From: Anaerolineae bacterium
GTDB lineage: Bacteria; Chloroflexota; Anaerolineae; B4-G1; SLSP01
DNA: 64,000 bases
Assembly (NCBI GenBank): GCA_034429675.1
Contig: DAOUFX010000230.1
Location: 2,339-66,338, forward strand
Direction of reading: 5' to 3'
The notes beneath the pieces were generated by a model. The model did not search any database and was not told where the DNA came from. It saw nothing but the letters and a program-made list of their open reading frames with translations. Made by a program: the position numbers and the translations under genes. Shown one piece after another: positions 25,855 through 35,458 of the stretch. Numbering within the stretch: the stretch's first letter is position 1; every line of letters starts with the position of its first letter.

Positions 25855-28541
25855 TGAGTTTCTGGTCAAAGAACTTCGCCCGGCGGTTGGTCACTTATTT
25901 TGCGATTTTGCTTGTGTCAACCATGGCTTTGCTGGGGATTCTTGTCTATCCCCTGGTGCGTTCCAGCATGATTGAAGCGCTTTATGCGCGTTTGGATACC
26001 GCACTGGATTTGAAACTGGTCACGATGCGCTATTGGATTCAGGATCAACGCCAGGAAGTGGCCATGCTCGCTGGAAACGCAACGGTTCAGAACCAGGTCG
26101 CTGTGTTGATGAAGAATGACGCCAACAGCGCCGCTTACAAGAAAGCTTATCGTGAACTCTCTTTGAACTTTAATGCGGTAGTATTGCAGAAGGGCGGGTT
26201 ACAGGAGATTTTTGTTTTAACCGAACCGGATGCGCGCGTGTTGATTTCCACAGATACGACCCAAGAGGGTGTTTATCATTCGGATGACGCCTATTTTGTG
26301 CAAGGACGCTCGCAGCTTTATGTTCAAAGTGTCTATGTTGATCCGGATGTTGATGTCCCGATGATGACGGCGTCTTCCCCCATATTTCAAGACGGCAAGT
26401 TGATGGGGGTGCTGGTGGCGCATCTGGATCTCGATCGCATGCACGAGATGCTTTTGGAGCAGCCCGGGTTGGGATCGCGCGGCGATATGTATTTGATGGC
26501 GCGCCCTGGTCGTTTCATTGTTACATCACGCGAGGAATCGCAGACGACCGCGCCTGAGGTAACTTCAGAGGGCATTCAGGCGGCTCTGAGCGGTCAAGAT
26601 GGTCATAGTGTTTATAGGAATTATGCGGGTCGTTCGGTGGTGGGCGCCTATCGTTGGTTAAAGGAATACAATGTGGCCTTTCTGGTCGAGATGGAGGAAC
26701 GTGAATCCATTGTCAAACCATTGCAGCGTATTTTACTGATTTTGCTGGGATGCGGCGCTCTCTTTGGTGTTCTTGCGGTCGGGGTGGGATATGTATTGGT
26801 GCGGCGAAGTATGCGGCCATTGCAGATGTTGAATACCCTGGCGCGACGGATTGCCGACGGCGATTTGCAGCAGACGGCCCCGATTTTGTACGAGGATGAA
26901 GTAGGAACCCTTGCGCGCACATTTAACACGATGACTCAGGAATTGCGTCGTCTGTACGCTGGTCTCGAACAGGAAGTGGCGGCACGTACGCAGACCCTTG
27001 AACAGCGCAATCGCCAATTGGAAGTTGCCGCGCAGGTTGCCAGTGCGGTGTCGGCTATCTATGAGATTGATCGTTTATTGAATGAGACCGTGCGTCTGAT
27101 TGTCACCTATTTTCATTTTGATTATGCTGCGATTTTCATCCTCGATGAAATCGGCGACTCGGTGGCGCTTCAGGCCGCTGCTTCTGGGGGCGAACATTTG
27201 TTGTTGAATCAGCGCTACAAACAGCGACTAGGACAGGGTATCATCGGACGGGTGGCGCAAACCGGGGCTGCGCGGGTCGTGCCGGATGTTGAGATGGATG
27301 CGGATTTTATCCCTAACCCGGATATGCCCGCGATTCGCTCGGAGCTGGCTGTTCCGCTTCTGGGACGTGAGGGAGTCCTGGGAGTTTTGGATGTGCAGTC
27401 TCTCAAACCGGGAGCTTTTACCGAGGAAGACGCCGGGATCTTGCAGATGATGGCCGAACAGATTGCTTTGGCGATTCAGAATGCCCGGTTGCTCAAGGAC
27501 AGCGAGCGAGTCGTGCATGAACTTGAAAGGCGTTATGGCGAGCATACTCGCGATTCCTGGCAATCCCGATTGGCGCGGCAACGTCTGGCCTATCGCTATA
27601 CCGGTATGTCGGTGGAGCCGTTAGCGCCGGAGTCGCCAGCGGCCACTGCCGATGTGTCGGTAGCGCAAACCAGGTTGGTTTGGGATGATGAGCGGGGTCG
27701 CCAGTTGGTGGCGCCTATCCGATTGCGGGACCAGGTGTTGGGTTCCATTGTATTGCGTCAGGGAGTGGGCGACGCCGCCTGGACCGAGGCTGATGTGGCG
27801 ATGTTGGCTTCTACTTGCGAACAGATTGGTCTGGCACTGGACAACGCCCGTTTGTTGGATGAATCCGCCGCGCGCGCCATCCGCGAGAGGGTGTCGAGTG
27901 AGGTCAGCGCGCGGATTCGCGATGCGGCGCTTGATGTCGCATCGGTGTTACAAGTGACGGCCTATGAAATGGCGAAGTTGTCGCAGGCTGCCAGTACCGT
28001 GCATGTGCGCGGCGGCGAGATTGGCGCGACGTATTTGGAGTCTTGCGCTTATGCCTATGATGCCATGTCGGCGCAGCAGCCGGTAGACTCGAGCCTGTTG
28101 TCTTTGACCCGCCTGGTTAGCTCGCATTGTTTGGTTATCCCGTTGATGTTGCGTGAGCAAATCGTGGGCGCCGTGCGTTTGGAACGGGCTCCCGAACAAT
28201 TCTCCTGGCTGCCGGAAGAAGTTCAGATGGTGGAGGAGATCAGTGTACAGGTGGGTTTGGCCCTGGAAAACGCACAATTGCTGGTTGAGAGCCGGCAGCG
28301 TGCTGCACGTCAGCAGCAACTTAACGAGATTTCTCGGAATTTTTCTCAGTCTTTGGATATGGACGTTATGTTGCGCACCGCAGCGCGCGAGCTTGGTCGA
28401 ATACCAGGGGTTACTGAGGCCGGTATTCACATAACGGCGCCGGTGATGCAAGGCACAGCGCAAGGGGTGGCGCCAGAAGCGGCGCAAGAGACTGCGCCGG
28501 AAGCCGCGCCGGGCGCGGCAACCACGGAGAGTCAGGAATAG
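25851..28541 (+). CDS. GAF-array member E: TM + Cache-like + TM + HAMP + S-helix + GAF-A + GAF-B + GAF-C + tail; no output domain
   Basis: An ATGA start/stop overlap joins it to the previous gene. The HAMP domain is RPLQMLNTLARRIADGDLQQT...EVGTLARTFNTMTQEL. The S-helix is LEQEVAARTQTLEQRNRQLEVAAQV. GAF-A runs FHFDYAAIFILDEIGDSVALQAAASGGEHLL...PDMPAIRSELAVPLLGREGVLGVLDVQS. The tail is ERVSSEVSARIRDAALDVASVLQV...LNEISRNFSQSLDMDVMLRTAARELGRIPGV. Confidence 0.85.
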   Translation: MMSFWSKNFARRLVTYFAILLVSTMALLGILVYPLVRSSMIEALYARLDTALDLKLVTMRYWIQDQRQEVAMLAGNATVQNQVAVLMKNDANSAAYKKAYRELSLNFNAVVLQKGGLQEIFVLTEPDARVLISTDTTQEGVYHSDDAYFVQGRSQLYVQSVYVDPDVDVPMMTASSPIFQDGKLMGVLVAHLDLDRMHEMLLEQPGLGSRGDMYLMARPGRFIVTSREESQTTAPEVTSEGIQAALSGQDGHSVYRNYAGRSVVGAYRWLKEYNVAFLVEMEERESIVKPLQRILLILLGCGALFGVLAVGVGYVLVRRSMRPLQMLNTLARRIADGDLQQTAPILYEDEVGTLARTFNTMTQELRRLYAGLEQEVAARTQTLEQRNRQLEVAAQVASAVSAIYEIDRLLNETVRLIVTYFHFDYAAIFILDEIGDSVALQAAASGGEHLLLNQRYKQRLGQGIIGRVAQTGAARVVPDVEMDADFIPNPDMPAIRSELAVPLLGREGVLGVLDVQSLKPGAFTEEDAGILQMMAEQIALAIQNARLLKDSERVVHELERRYGEHTRDSWQSRLARQRLAYRYTGMSVEPLAPESPAATADVSVAQTRLVWDDERGRQLVAPIRLRDQVLGSIVLRQGVGDAAWTEADVAMLASTCEQIGLALDNARLLDESAARAIRERVSSEVSARIRDAALDVASVLQVTAYEMAKLSQAASTVHVRGGEIGATYLESCAYAYDAMSAQQPVDSSLLSLTRLVSSHCLVIPLMLREQIVGAVRLERAPEQFSWLPEEVQMVEEISVQVGLALENAQLLVESRQRAARQQQLNEISRNFSQSLDMDVMLRTAARELGRIPGVTEAGIHITAPVMQGTAQGVAPEAAQETAPEAAPGAATTESQE

Positions 28542-28546
28542 AGACT

Positions 28547-31336
28547 ATGGCGCCAAAAAAAGCACGATACGGCAAAAAACAAGACCGACCTCCAACGATT
28601 GGTTTGTTGATCGCCCATTCCCGTGATACTTATGAGAATTCTCTGGTGGTTGATATGTCAGCTGCAGCCGGCAAGTTGGGCGCTCGATTGATTTGTTATG
28701 TTGGCAGTGAGCTCTATCGTGAAATGCCGGAAAATGTGATCTTCGATCTGGTTTCATCGGAAAGAATAGATGGGCTTATTATCAGTCCCTCTCTCGGCCA
28801 CAATTTTGACAAGGAGCGTTTGCGCGCGTTTTGTCAGCGTTATGCTCCTTTGCCTATTGTAAGCGGCGCATTGGGTCTTGAGGAGATTCCTCAGGTGATT
28901 CCTGATGGCTACAGAGGAATGCGCCAGTTGGTGGATCACATGATCGAAGTACATGGATGCCGGCGTATGGTTTTTATCCGTGGCCCTGAAGGTCAGGCCG
29001 AGGCGACTGAGCGTTATCGCGCTTATACCGAGTCGTTGGATGCTCATAAGATAGCTCTCGATCCGGCATTGATCCTCCCCGGCAATTTTACCGAAAGGAT
29101 GGCCTACCGCACCCTGGAAGGACTGTTGGCGAGCGGCGTATCCTTTGATGCGGTTGTCGCCGTCAATGATGATTCAGCTTTGGGCGCGCTGCGAGCTTTG
29201 CAGGATCGCCACATTCGCGTCCCGGAGGATGTCGCCCTTACCGGTTTCGACGATGTGGAGGCTTCTCGTAATCGGAGCGTACCCTTTACCACGGTACGCC
29301 AGTTGTTTACGATGTCCGCTGAATGTATGATAAACCTGCTGATGCAGCAAATCCAGGGCGAGGATGTTCCCCCCGTCGTCGTTATACCGACCGAGTTGGT
29401 CATTCGTCGTTCATGTGGTTGTGTGGCCGATTCGATTCGTCAGGTTACAGTTGACGCGCCTTCTCGCATCATAGACTCGTCGCAGCCGGAGATGCCGCTT
29501 CCTGACAGAATCCCATCGGATTTGTGGACTGCGTTTTTGAATGATTTGATGAGTGAGGAGCATGCTAATTTCCTGGGTATCTTGGATCAGAAGGTGCGCC
29601 AGGTTTATGATGAGCGCGGTGATGTTGCGGCCTGGCAAGACACGTTGACGGAGCTGCGACGTTATGCATTGTCTTACATCGCCCTTCAGCAAATTCGCGA
29701 CCCTGGCTGTTTTGACGATCAGGTGAATCTACAAGCCGAGAATTTGCTCCAGCAGGGGCGAGTGTTGGTCAGCGAGGCGGCGCAACGACTTGGCAGCTTG
29801 TTGCACTACGCAGATACTCGCGCTCTGGTAGATTTCCAATATCTTGACCAGGCCCTGGCGACGGTTCTGGATTTGCACGAGTTGCCCGACGCAATCCGCA
29901 CACACTTGCCGTCCTTGGGAGTTCAATACTGTTATTTGGTTTTGCTTGAAGAAACTCGTTCCCTGCAATCGGCCCGACTGTTGTTGGCGTACTCCGATAG
30001 GGTGGCGCATTTTTATGCGGAAAGCCCGACGTTTGATGCGCGATGGTTGTTACCCGATGAGCTATGGGCCGGCAGTCAGCACCAGCATAGCATTGTGGTT
30101 CCGCTTGTGTTGCGAGAGCGGGTATATGGATTTGCCTATATGGATTTTGGAACGTCGCAGGGAAGGATTTACGAGCGACTGGGCAATCAAATCGGCGGGG
30201 TTATTTCTCGTGCACAGTTGATGGCTCAACAGCAGAAGGTGCAACATGAGGTCGAGCGGCTGTTAACCGATGTCCAACGTCGCGCAGCGCTGTTGACCGG
30301 CGCCGCTGAAATCTCGCGAGCGACCACCTCATTGACGAATTTATCCGATCTGCTCACAGAAGCCGTCAACTTGATGTATGACCGTTTCCATTTGTATTAT
30401 GCGGGCATTTTTCTGGTAGACGAGAACCGTCAGTGGGCTGTTTTGAGCGCCGGCACCGGTGAGGCTGGCCGTTTGATGTTGAAGCAAGGGCACAAATTGG
30501 AGATCGGCGGGACTTCAATGATTGGAATGTGCATTACGCAGCGACAAGCGCACATCACGTTCGACGTTGCGCACGATGTGCGGCTGCGTCGCAATCCGTT
30601 GCTGCCGGAGACGCGCTCGGAAATGGCGTTGCCGTTGATCAGCCGCGACCGTGCGATTGGCGCGATGACCATTCAATCTGCACAGCCCAATGCTTTTTCG
30701 GAAGATGATGTTACCGCCTTGCAGACAATGGCCGACCAGTTGGCGAATGCTATTGAGAATGCGCGGCTGTTTGAACAAATGGAACAGAGCCGCCGTGAAT
30801 TGGAGATCGCCTCCGGGCATTATACGCAGGAGGCCTGGCAACAATTTGTCAGCGGAACCGGGCAGTTGGGATATCGCTCGCACCTTTTGGGCGTTAAACC
30901 GGCGGCTGAGATGCACCTTGAAGCGCAAGAAGCCCTGCGACAGAACGCGCCGGTGGTCACTAATCTGATCGCCGAGACCGGCGCGTCGTCCGGCAGCGCC
31001 CTGGGAGTCCCGGTGCGGTTGCGCAATCAAGTGTTGGGCGTATTGAATTTGCGCTTTGAAAGCGAATCTGTCCCGCCGGAAACGGTGGCCTTAGTTGAGC
31101 AGATTGCAGATCGCCTGGCGATTTCCCTGGAAAGCGCGCGGTTGTTGCAGGAAACGTTGAGCACTGCCGAGCGGGAGCAACGCATCGGTCAAGTCACCGG
31201 GCGGATGCGCGAGAATTTGGATGTAGATGCGGTGGTGCGAACTGCTGCCGAGCAGATTCGCGAGGCCATGGATTTGTCGAGTGTGACGATTCGCCTGTCC
31301 CCTCATTCACGACTATCGGACGAGGATGACGCATGA
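28547..31336 (+). CDS. GAF-array member F: LacI/PurR-type periplasmic-binding-protein-fold (type I) ligand-binding domain, without HTH, + helical region + GAF-A + GAF-B + tail; no output domain
   Basis: The N-terminal ~290 aa carry sugar-binding-domain motifs (TIGLLIAHSRDTYENSL, IDGLIISPSL, RRMVFIRGPEGQAEATERYRAY, VVAVNDDSALGALRALQDRHIRVPEDVALTGFDD). No N-terminal HTH is present. GAF-A runs FHLYYAGIFLVDENRQWAVLSAGTGEAGRLMLKQGHKLEIGGTSMIGMCI...PLLPETRSEMALPLISRDRAIGAMTIQS. The tail is REQRIGQVTGRMRENLDVDAVVRTAAEQIREAMDLSSVTIRL. Confidence 0.8.
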   Translation: MAPKKARYGKKQDRPPTIGLLIAHSRDTYENSLVVDMSAAAGKLGARLICYVGSELYREMPENVIFDLVSSERIDGLIISPSLGHNFDKERLRAFCQRYAPLPIVSGALGLEEIPQVIPDGYRGMRQLVDHMIEVHGCRRMVFIRGPEGQAEATERYRAYTESLDAHKIALDPALILPGNFTERMAYRTLEGLLASGVSFDAVVAVNDDSALGALRALQDRHIRVPEDVALTGFDDVEASRNRSVPFTTVRQLFTMSAECMINLLMQQIQGEDVPPVVVIPTELVIRRSCGCVADSIRQVTVDAPSRIIDSSQPEMPLPDRIPSDLWTAFLNDLMSEEHANFLGILDQKVRQVYDERGDVAAWQDTLTELRRYALSYIALQQIRDPGCFDDQVNLQAENLLQQGRVLVSEAAQRLGSLLHYADTRALVDFQYLDQALATVLDLHELPDAIRTHLPSLGVQYCYLVLLEETRSLQSARLLLAYSDRVAHFYAESPTFDARWLLPDELWAGSQHQHSIVVPLVLRERVYGFAYMDFGTSQGRIYERLGNQIGGVISRAQLMAQQQKVQHEVERLLTDVQRRAALLTGAAEISRATTSLTNLSDLLTEAVNLMYDRFHLYYAGIFLVDENRQWAVLSAGTGEAGRLMLKQGHKLEIGGTSMIGMCITQRQAHITFDVAHDVRLRRNPLLPETRSEMALPLISRDRAIGAMTIQSAQPNAFSEDDVTALQTMADQLANAIENARLFEQMEQSRRELEIASGHYTQEAWQQFVSGTGQLGYRSHLLGVKPAAEMHLEAQEALRQNAPVVTNLIAETGASSGSALGVPVRLRNQVLGVLNLRFESESVPPETVALVEQIADRLAISLESARLLQETLSTAEREQRIGQVTGRMRENLDVDAVVRTAAEQIREAMDLSSVTIRLSPHSRLSDEDDA

Positions 31337-33711
31337 GCAAGCTGTTAAAACGCCTTCTGGCCTTTCAACAATGGCCATTATTTACGAAGTCGTATGCCGC
31401 CATTCTGCTCATTGGCTGGGGGACGTTGCTTTTCATGACGTTCATGGACGCCCGTTCCTTGTATGTGCGTTTGGGCGATCAGATCCGTGAGAATTTTGCG
31501 GCTTTGTCAACGCAGCAGATGTCCAAGATTGTGGACGTTTTGGTCCATCATATAGCTCTGGTTCGCACCGTTGCGTTGAATGCGACCGTGATCGAGGAAG
31601 CGGCGGCATCCTCTGAGCGTTATTCGGGGGATCCGGTTGCCGAACTGGCTGCTTTGAACCAGACCTGGCAGAATGCCGCCGTGGACGATCCGGTGGTGCA
31701 AGATGTGATCAATCCGGATAAGAATGCTCTGACGGCACAGTTGTTGGGCTATATGAAAGGATTCCCCGACTATGACAGCCTTCTGGTTACTGATCGGTAT
31801 GGCGGGGTGATCGCCGCCACGTACCGTCCGACGGATTATGCTTGCACTGATCAGCCCTGGTGGCAGGCTGCTTATGGAGAAGGAACGGGGCATTTAAGCG
31901 TCGCTGTCCTCGATGAAGTTACCGGAATGAAGGTGTCGGTGGCTTTGCCCATCCTCGGGGAAGATAGTGCGACGGTAATGGGTGTTGTGCGAGCAACTTT
32001 TCATTTTGAGAGCATCAAGGATCTGCTGGATGAGTTGTTTGCCAGTTATCATGTCGGCGCGGCGTTGTTTGACGCCAACCGGACCATGCTTGTAGCCAGC
32101 CTGCCCCCCACTACCGGCGCTTACGTCAATTCGGATTGGTTAACATCGGAGGCTTACAATCGTCGGCGTTCCTGGCAGGAGTTGTCGTTCGAGAACGGCG
32201 AGCCTGCTTTGGTGGGGTACAGTTTCATCAAGAAGTTGACGGCAGCTTCTCGCGACGTTGTAGATGAGGCCCTTTATGAACTGGATTGGTCGTTGTTGGT
32301 TTATGCGCCACGGTCCGATGTGTATCTTCCGTTGATTCGTGCTCTATGGGGTGTCTATCTTCGGGCCGCAGTTTGGGGCGTGGGATTGATGGTAGCGGGG
32401 TTCTTCCTCGTGCGCTTCTTTAGCGGGCCGCTTTTGCAGCTATTGGGCGTGGTTGCCCAGGAGGCTACCGGTGATCGTAATGTGCGCGCCTGGATTTATG
32501 CTGCGGATGAGGTCGGTAAATTAGCGCAACATATCAATCGTCTGATTGAAGAGAAGCAGGCTTTGCAACAAGGTGTAGAGCAGCGCTCCATTGAACGTGA
32601 GCTTGAGCAGAAGCGTCGCCAACGCGAGCTTGAAACGACTGCGGCTATCGGCGCCGTCACGTCGGCGACGTTGGAGCTGAACGCTTTGATTGCTCAGGCT
32701 GTAGAAATTGTCCACGATAGTTTTGGATTGTATTTTGTGGGCGTATTCCTGCTCAATGAAACTCGCTCCTGGGCCGTATTACATGGCGGCACCGGCGAAG
32801 CCGGGCAGCTGTTATTGTCCAGAGGGTATCGCGCGCGCGTTGACATCGGGAGTATTGGCCAATGTATCACAGAAGGCCGGGCAGTGGTAGATCGTGATGT
32901 GAGTGCTTCTGTCGCCACAGGATTGCCGGAATTGCCCTATACGCGTTCAGAACTGGCCTTGCCGCTGCGTTCTCGCGGCGATGTTTGGGGCGCGCTCTCC
33001 GTTCACAGTTATCATCAGGATACCTTTGATGGCGACCTGGCCGTGGTTTTGCAAATTATTGCCGACCAAATTGCTGTTGCCATTGATAGTATTCGTCTCT
33101 TCGATGCACGTCAGGAAGCGATGCGCAGCCTCCAGCGTGCGTATGGGGAGGCCAGCCGTGAGGCGTGGGAATCCCTGTTGAAAACCCGCGACAGTCTGGG
33201 GGGTGGCTATCAGGCCAAGCGCGCCGGATCGGTCAAGTTGACGCCGACTTCGCCGGAGTCCTGGCGTCCTGACGTGCAGAACGCCTGGCAAGAGGAATGC
33301 ATGGTTCAAAGCGACGATGCGGCTTCCCAAGAGCATCGCATGGCTTTGCCGGTTGTCGTGCGCGGCGTGGTTATTGGTGTGATTGACGTCGCGAAACCGT
33401 TTGCCGCCGGGGCATGGACGCCGGTTGAAATTGCGGAATTGGAGACGTTGACCTATGAGATCGGCGTGGCTTTGGAGAATGCTCGTCTGTATGAAGATGC
33501 GCGCAGTCGCGCGGTGCGGCAGCGCTTGTTGAGCGATGTTTCCAGCCGCATTCGCTCCCCGTTGACCATAGATGCTGTCTTGCAGACTGCGGCGCGAGAA
33601 ATGCGCGATCTGTTGGGTCTGGATGAGGCCGAGGTACGATTGGCCGAACAGTTTGACGCCCGGACCGGGACCGGGCCTTTGGCAGATACGGCAACGCATC
33701 AGCATAAGTAA
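31333..33711 (+). CDS. GAF-array member G: TM + Cache-like + TM + HAMP + S-helix + GAF-A + GAF-B + tail; no output domain
   Basis: An ATGA overlap joins it to the previous gene. The N-terminal TM helix is ILLIGWGTLLFMTFM and the second TM is ~LRAAVWGVGLMVAGFFLV. The HAMP domain is FSGPLLQLLGVVAQEATGDRNVRAWIYAADEVGKLAQHINRLIEE. GAF-A runs FGLYFVGVFLLNETRSWAVLHGGTGEAGQLLL...GSIGQCI...LPELPYTRSELALPLRSRGDVWGALSVHS. The tail is RQRLLSDVSSRIRSPLTIDAVLQTAAREMRDLLGLDEAEVRL. Confidence 0.85.
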   Translation: MSKLLKRLLAFQQWPLFTKSYAAILLIGWGTLLFMTFMDARSLYVRLGDQIRENFAALSTQQMSKIVDVLVHHIALVRTVALNATVIEEAAASSERYSGDPVAELAALNQTWQNAAVDDPVVQDVINPDKNALTAQLLGYMKGFPDYDSLLVTDRYGGVIAATYRPTDYACTDQPWWQAAYGEGTGHLSVAVLDEVTGMKVSVALPILGEDSATVMGVVRATFHFESIKDLLDELFASYHVGAALFDANRTMLVASLPPTTGAYVNSDWLTSEAYNRRRSWQELSFENGEPALVGYSFIKKLTAASRDVVDEALYELDWSLLVYAPRSDVYLPLIRALWGVYLRAAVWGVGLMVAGFFLVRFFSGPLLQLLGVVAQEATGDRNVRAWIYAADEVGKLAQHINRLIEEKQALQQGVEQRSIERELEQKRRQRELETTAAIGAVTSATLELNALIAQAVEIVHDSFGLYFVGVFLLNETRSWAVLHGGTGEAGQLLLSRGYRARVDIGSIGQCITEGRAVVDRDVSASVATGLPELPYTRSELALPLRSRGDVWGALSVHSYHQDTFDGDLAVVLQIIADQIAVAIDSIRLFDARQEAMRSLQRAYGEASREAWESLLKTRDSLGGGYQAKRAGSVKLTPTSPESWRPDVQNAWQEECMVQSDDAASQEHRMALPVVVRGVVIGVIDVAKPFAAGAWTPVEIAELETLTYEIGVALENARLYEDARSRAVRQRLLSDVSSRIRSPLTIDAVLQTAAREMRDLLGLDEAEVRLAEQFDARTGTGPLADTATHQHK

Positions 33712-33725
33712 AAGGGAGAGACCAG

Positions 33726-35444
33726 ATGTTTTCCTGGATTGCACGCTTATTGAATCCACCGACCTTCAGCAGGGATGAGGAAAAGTCGCGGCAGGCGCGT
33801 TTGTTAGCCATGGTGGTGCGGATTGTTTTGGCGATGGCCATACTCCTGATCCTGGCCGGATTGGTTGCGATGGGACTAAGCTGGCGCGCCGGAGAGCCGG
33901 TGTGGTCTTCGACGGTGTTTTGGTGGTACGTGTTTGCCCTGCTCCTTTTTGTGCTGTCGGGAATCGTGCAGTTTCTGTCCCATGCCGGGCATGTGCGTCC
34001 TGCCAGCATTGTTTTAACCGTGACGATAGGGTGCCTGTTCATATACGGACATTGGTTGACCAGAGTGGGCATCCGTTCTCCGCTTTTCTTAGGCTATATC
34101 CTGGTCGCCTTTGTCGCCGGGTTGTTGTTGGGACGCCGTTGGACGGTGATTGTGGCGGGCGTAAGTATACTTCTGGCCGGCTTCTTGCTTTTTGCCGAGC
34201 ATACCGGTTTGTGGGGCGTGCGCGATATTGCTGAGTTGCCCTGGTTAGCTTCAGGCGGGAGTATGAGCCTTTACGTGGTCGCTGTGGCGCTTTTCTATGT
34301 CGCGTTGAGCAACTTTGACTTGTCTCTAAAGCGGGCAAGGGAGGTTAACCAGGAGTTGGATATTTTCCGAGCCTCGCTTGAGGCGCGTGTTGAGGCGCGC
34401 ACCCGTGATTTGTCGCGGCGCGCGCGATACCTGGAAGCTACGGCGGAAGTGGCGCGTTACGTTAGCTCGGAACTGGCGATGGCTGAATTGCTTATGCGTA
34501 TCGTCAGATTGATCAGTGAACAGTTTGGGTTCTATCACGCCGGTGTTTTTCTGTTAGACCCTACCGGCGCGTGGGCTGAGTTGCAGGCAGCCTCCAGTCC
34601 GGGGGGGCAGGCGATGTTGGCCCGTGGTCATCGTCTGGGTGTAGGACAACAAGGACTTGTGGGATACGTGACTGCCCGTGGTGAGCCACGGGTGGCTTCG
34701 GATATCGGGGACGACGCGGTGTTCTTTGATAATCCCGACTTACCGGAGACCCGTTCGGCGATGGCGCTCCCCTTGCGTGTTGGCGGGCGCATCATCGGGG
34801 CGCTCGATGTGCAGAGCAAGGAATCGGCGGCTTTTAGCCAGGAAGATGTCGCCGTCCTGCAAATTTTGGCCGACCAGGTTGCCGTCGCGATTAGCAATGC
34901 CCGGCTTTTCGAGCGTCTGCAAGAGAGTGTTGCTGCCGAACGTCGCGCCTATGGGGAATTGAGCTATCAAGCGTGGGCTGAAGTACTCAAAGAACAAGGC
35001 GAGTTGGGTTACATTGACAATGTCGCCGGGACTTCCATCGTGAAAGGCGCGCCGATGCCCGATGCTATGCAGTTGGCGGGCAGGGAGGCCACGATTGTCC
35101 AGGAGGAAGAAACCGTGTCCATTCCGGTTACCGTTCAGGAGGGAGAAGGCGTGTTGGGGGTGGTGCGGCTGCGCAAACCCGAGGGCACAGGCGCCTGGAC
35201 GCCGGATCAGGTGTCATTGATGCAGGACATTGTCCAGCAGTTAGGCGTCGCGTTGGAAAGAGCGCGGCTGTATCAGGATTCGCAGCAGGTGGCGATTCGT
35301 GAGCGGTTGGTCAGTGAGGCGACCAGCCGTATGCGGCAGACGTTGGATGTAGAAGCCGTCTTGAAAACGGCGGCGGACGAAATCTATCAGGCATTGCAGT
35401 TGGATGAAATTGTCGTGCGCCTGGCGACTAAACACGACGAGTAG
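33726..35444 (+). CDS. GAF-array member H: polytopic membrane N-domain + S-helix + GAF-A + GAF-B + tail; no output domain
   Basis: GGGAGAG lies 6 nt before the ATG. There are ~6 TM helices. The S-helix is LEARVEARTRDLSRRARYLEATAEVAR. GAF-A runs FGFYHAGVFLLDPTGAWAELQAASSPGGQAMLARGHRLGVGQQGLVGYV...PDLPETRSAMALPLRVGGRIIGALDVQS. The tail is RERLVSEATSRMRQTLDVEAVLKTAADEIYQALQLDEIVVRL. Confidence 0.85.
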   Translation: MFSWIARLLNPPTFSRDEEKSRQARLLAMVVRIVLAMAILLILAGLVAMGLSWRAGEPVWSSTVFWWYVFALLLFVLSGIVQFLSHAGHVRPASIVLTVTIGCLFIYGHWLTRVGIRSPLFLGYILVAFVAGLLLGRRWTVIVAGVSILLAGFLLFAEHTGLWGVRDIAELPWLASGGSMSLYVVAVALFYVALSNFDLSLKRAREVNQELDIFRASLEARVEARTRDLSRRARYLEATAEVARYVSSELAMAELLMRIVRLISEQFGFYHAGVFLLDPTGAWAELQAASSPGGQAMLARGHRLGVGQQGLVGYVTARGEPRVASDIGDDAVFFDNPDLPETRSAMALPLRVGGRIIGALDVQSKESAAFSQEDVAVLQILADQVAVAISNARLFERLQESVAAERRAYGELSYQAWAEVLKEQGELGYIDNVAGTSIVKGAPMPDAMQLAGREATIVQEEETVSIPVTVQEGEGVLGVVRLRKPEGTGAWTPDQVSLMQDIVQQLGVALERARLYQDSQQVAIRERLVSEATSRMRQTLDVEAVLKTAADEIYQALQLDEIVVRLATKHDE

Positions 35445-35458
35445 ACGAGGCAGAGTTT

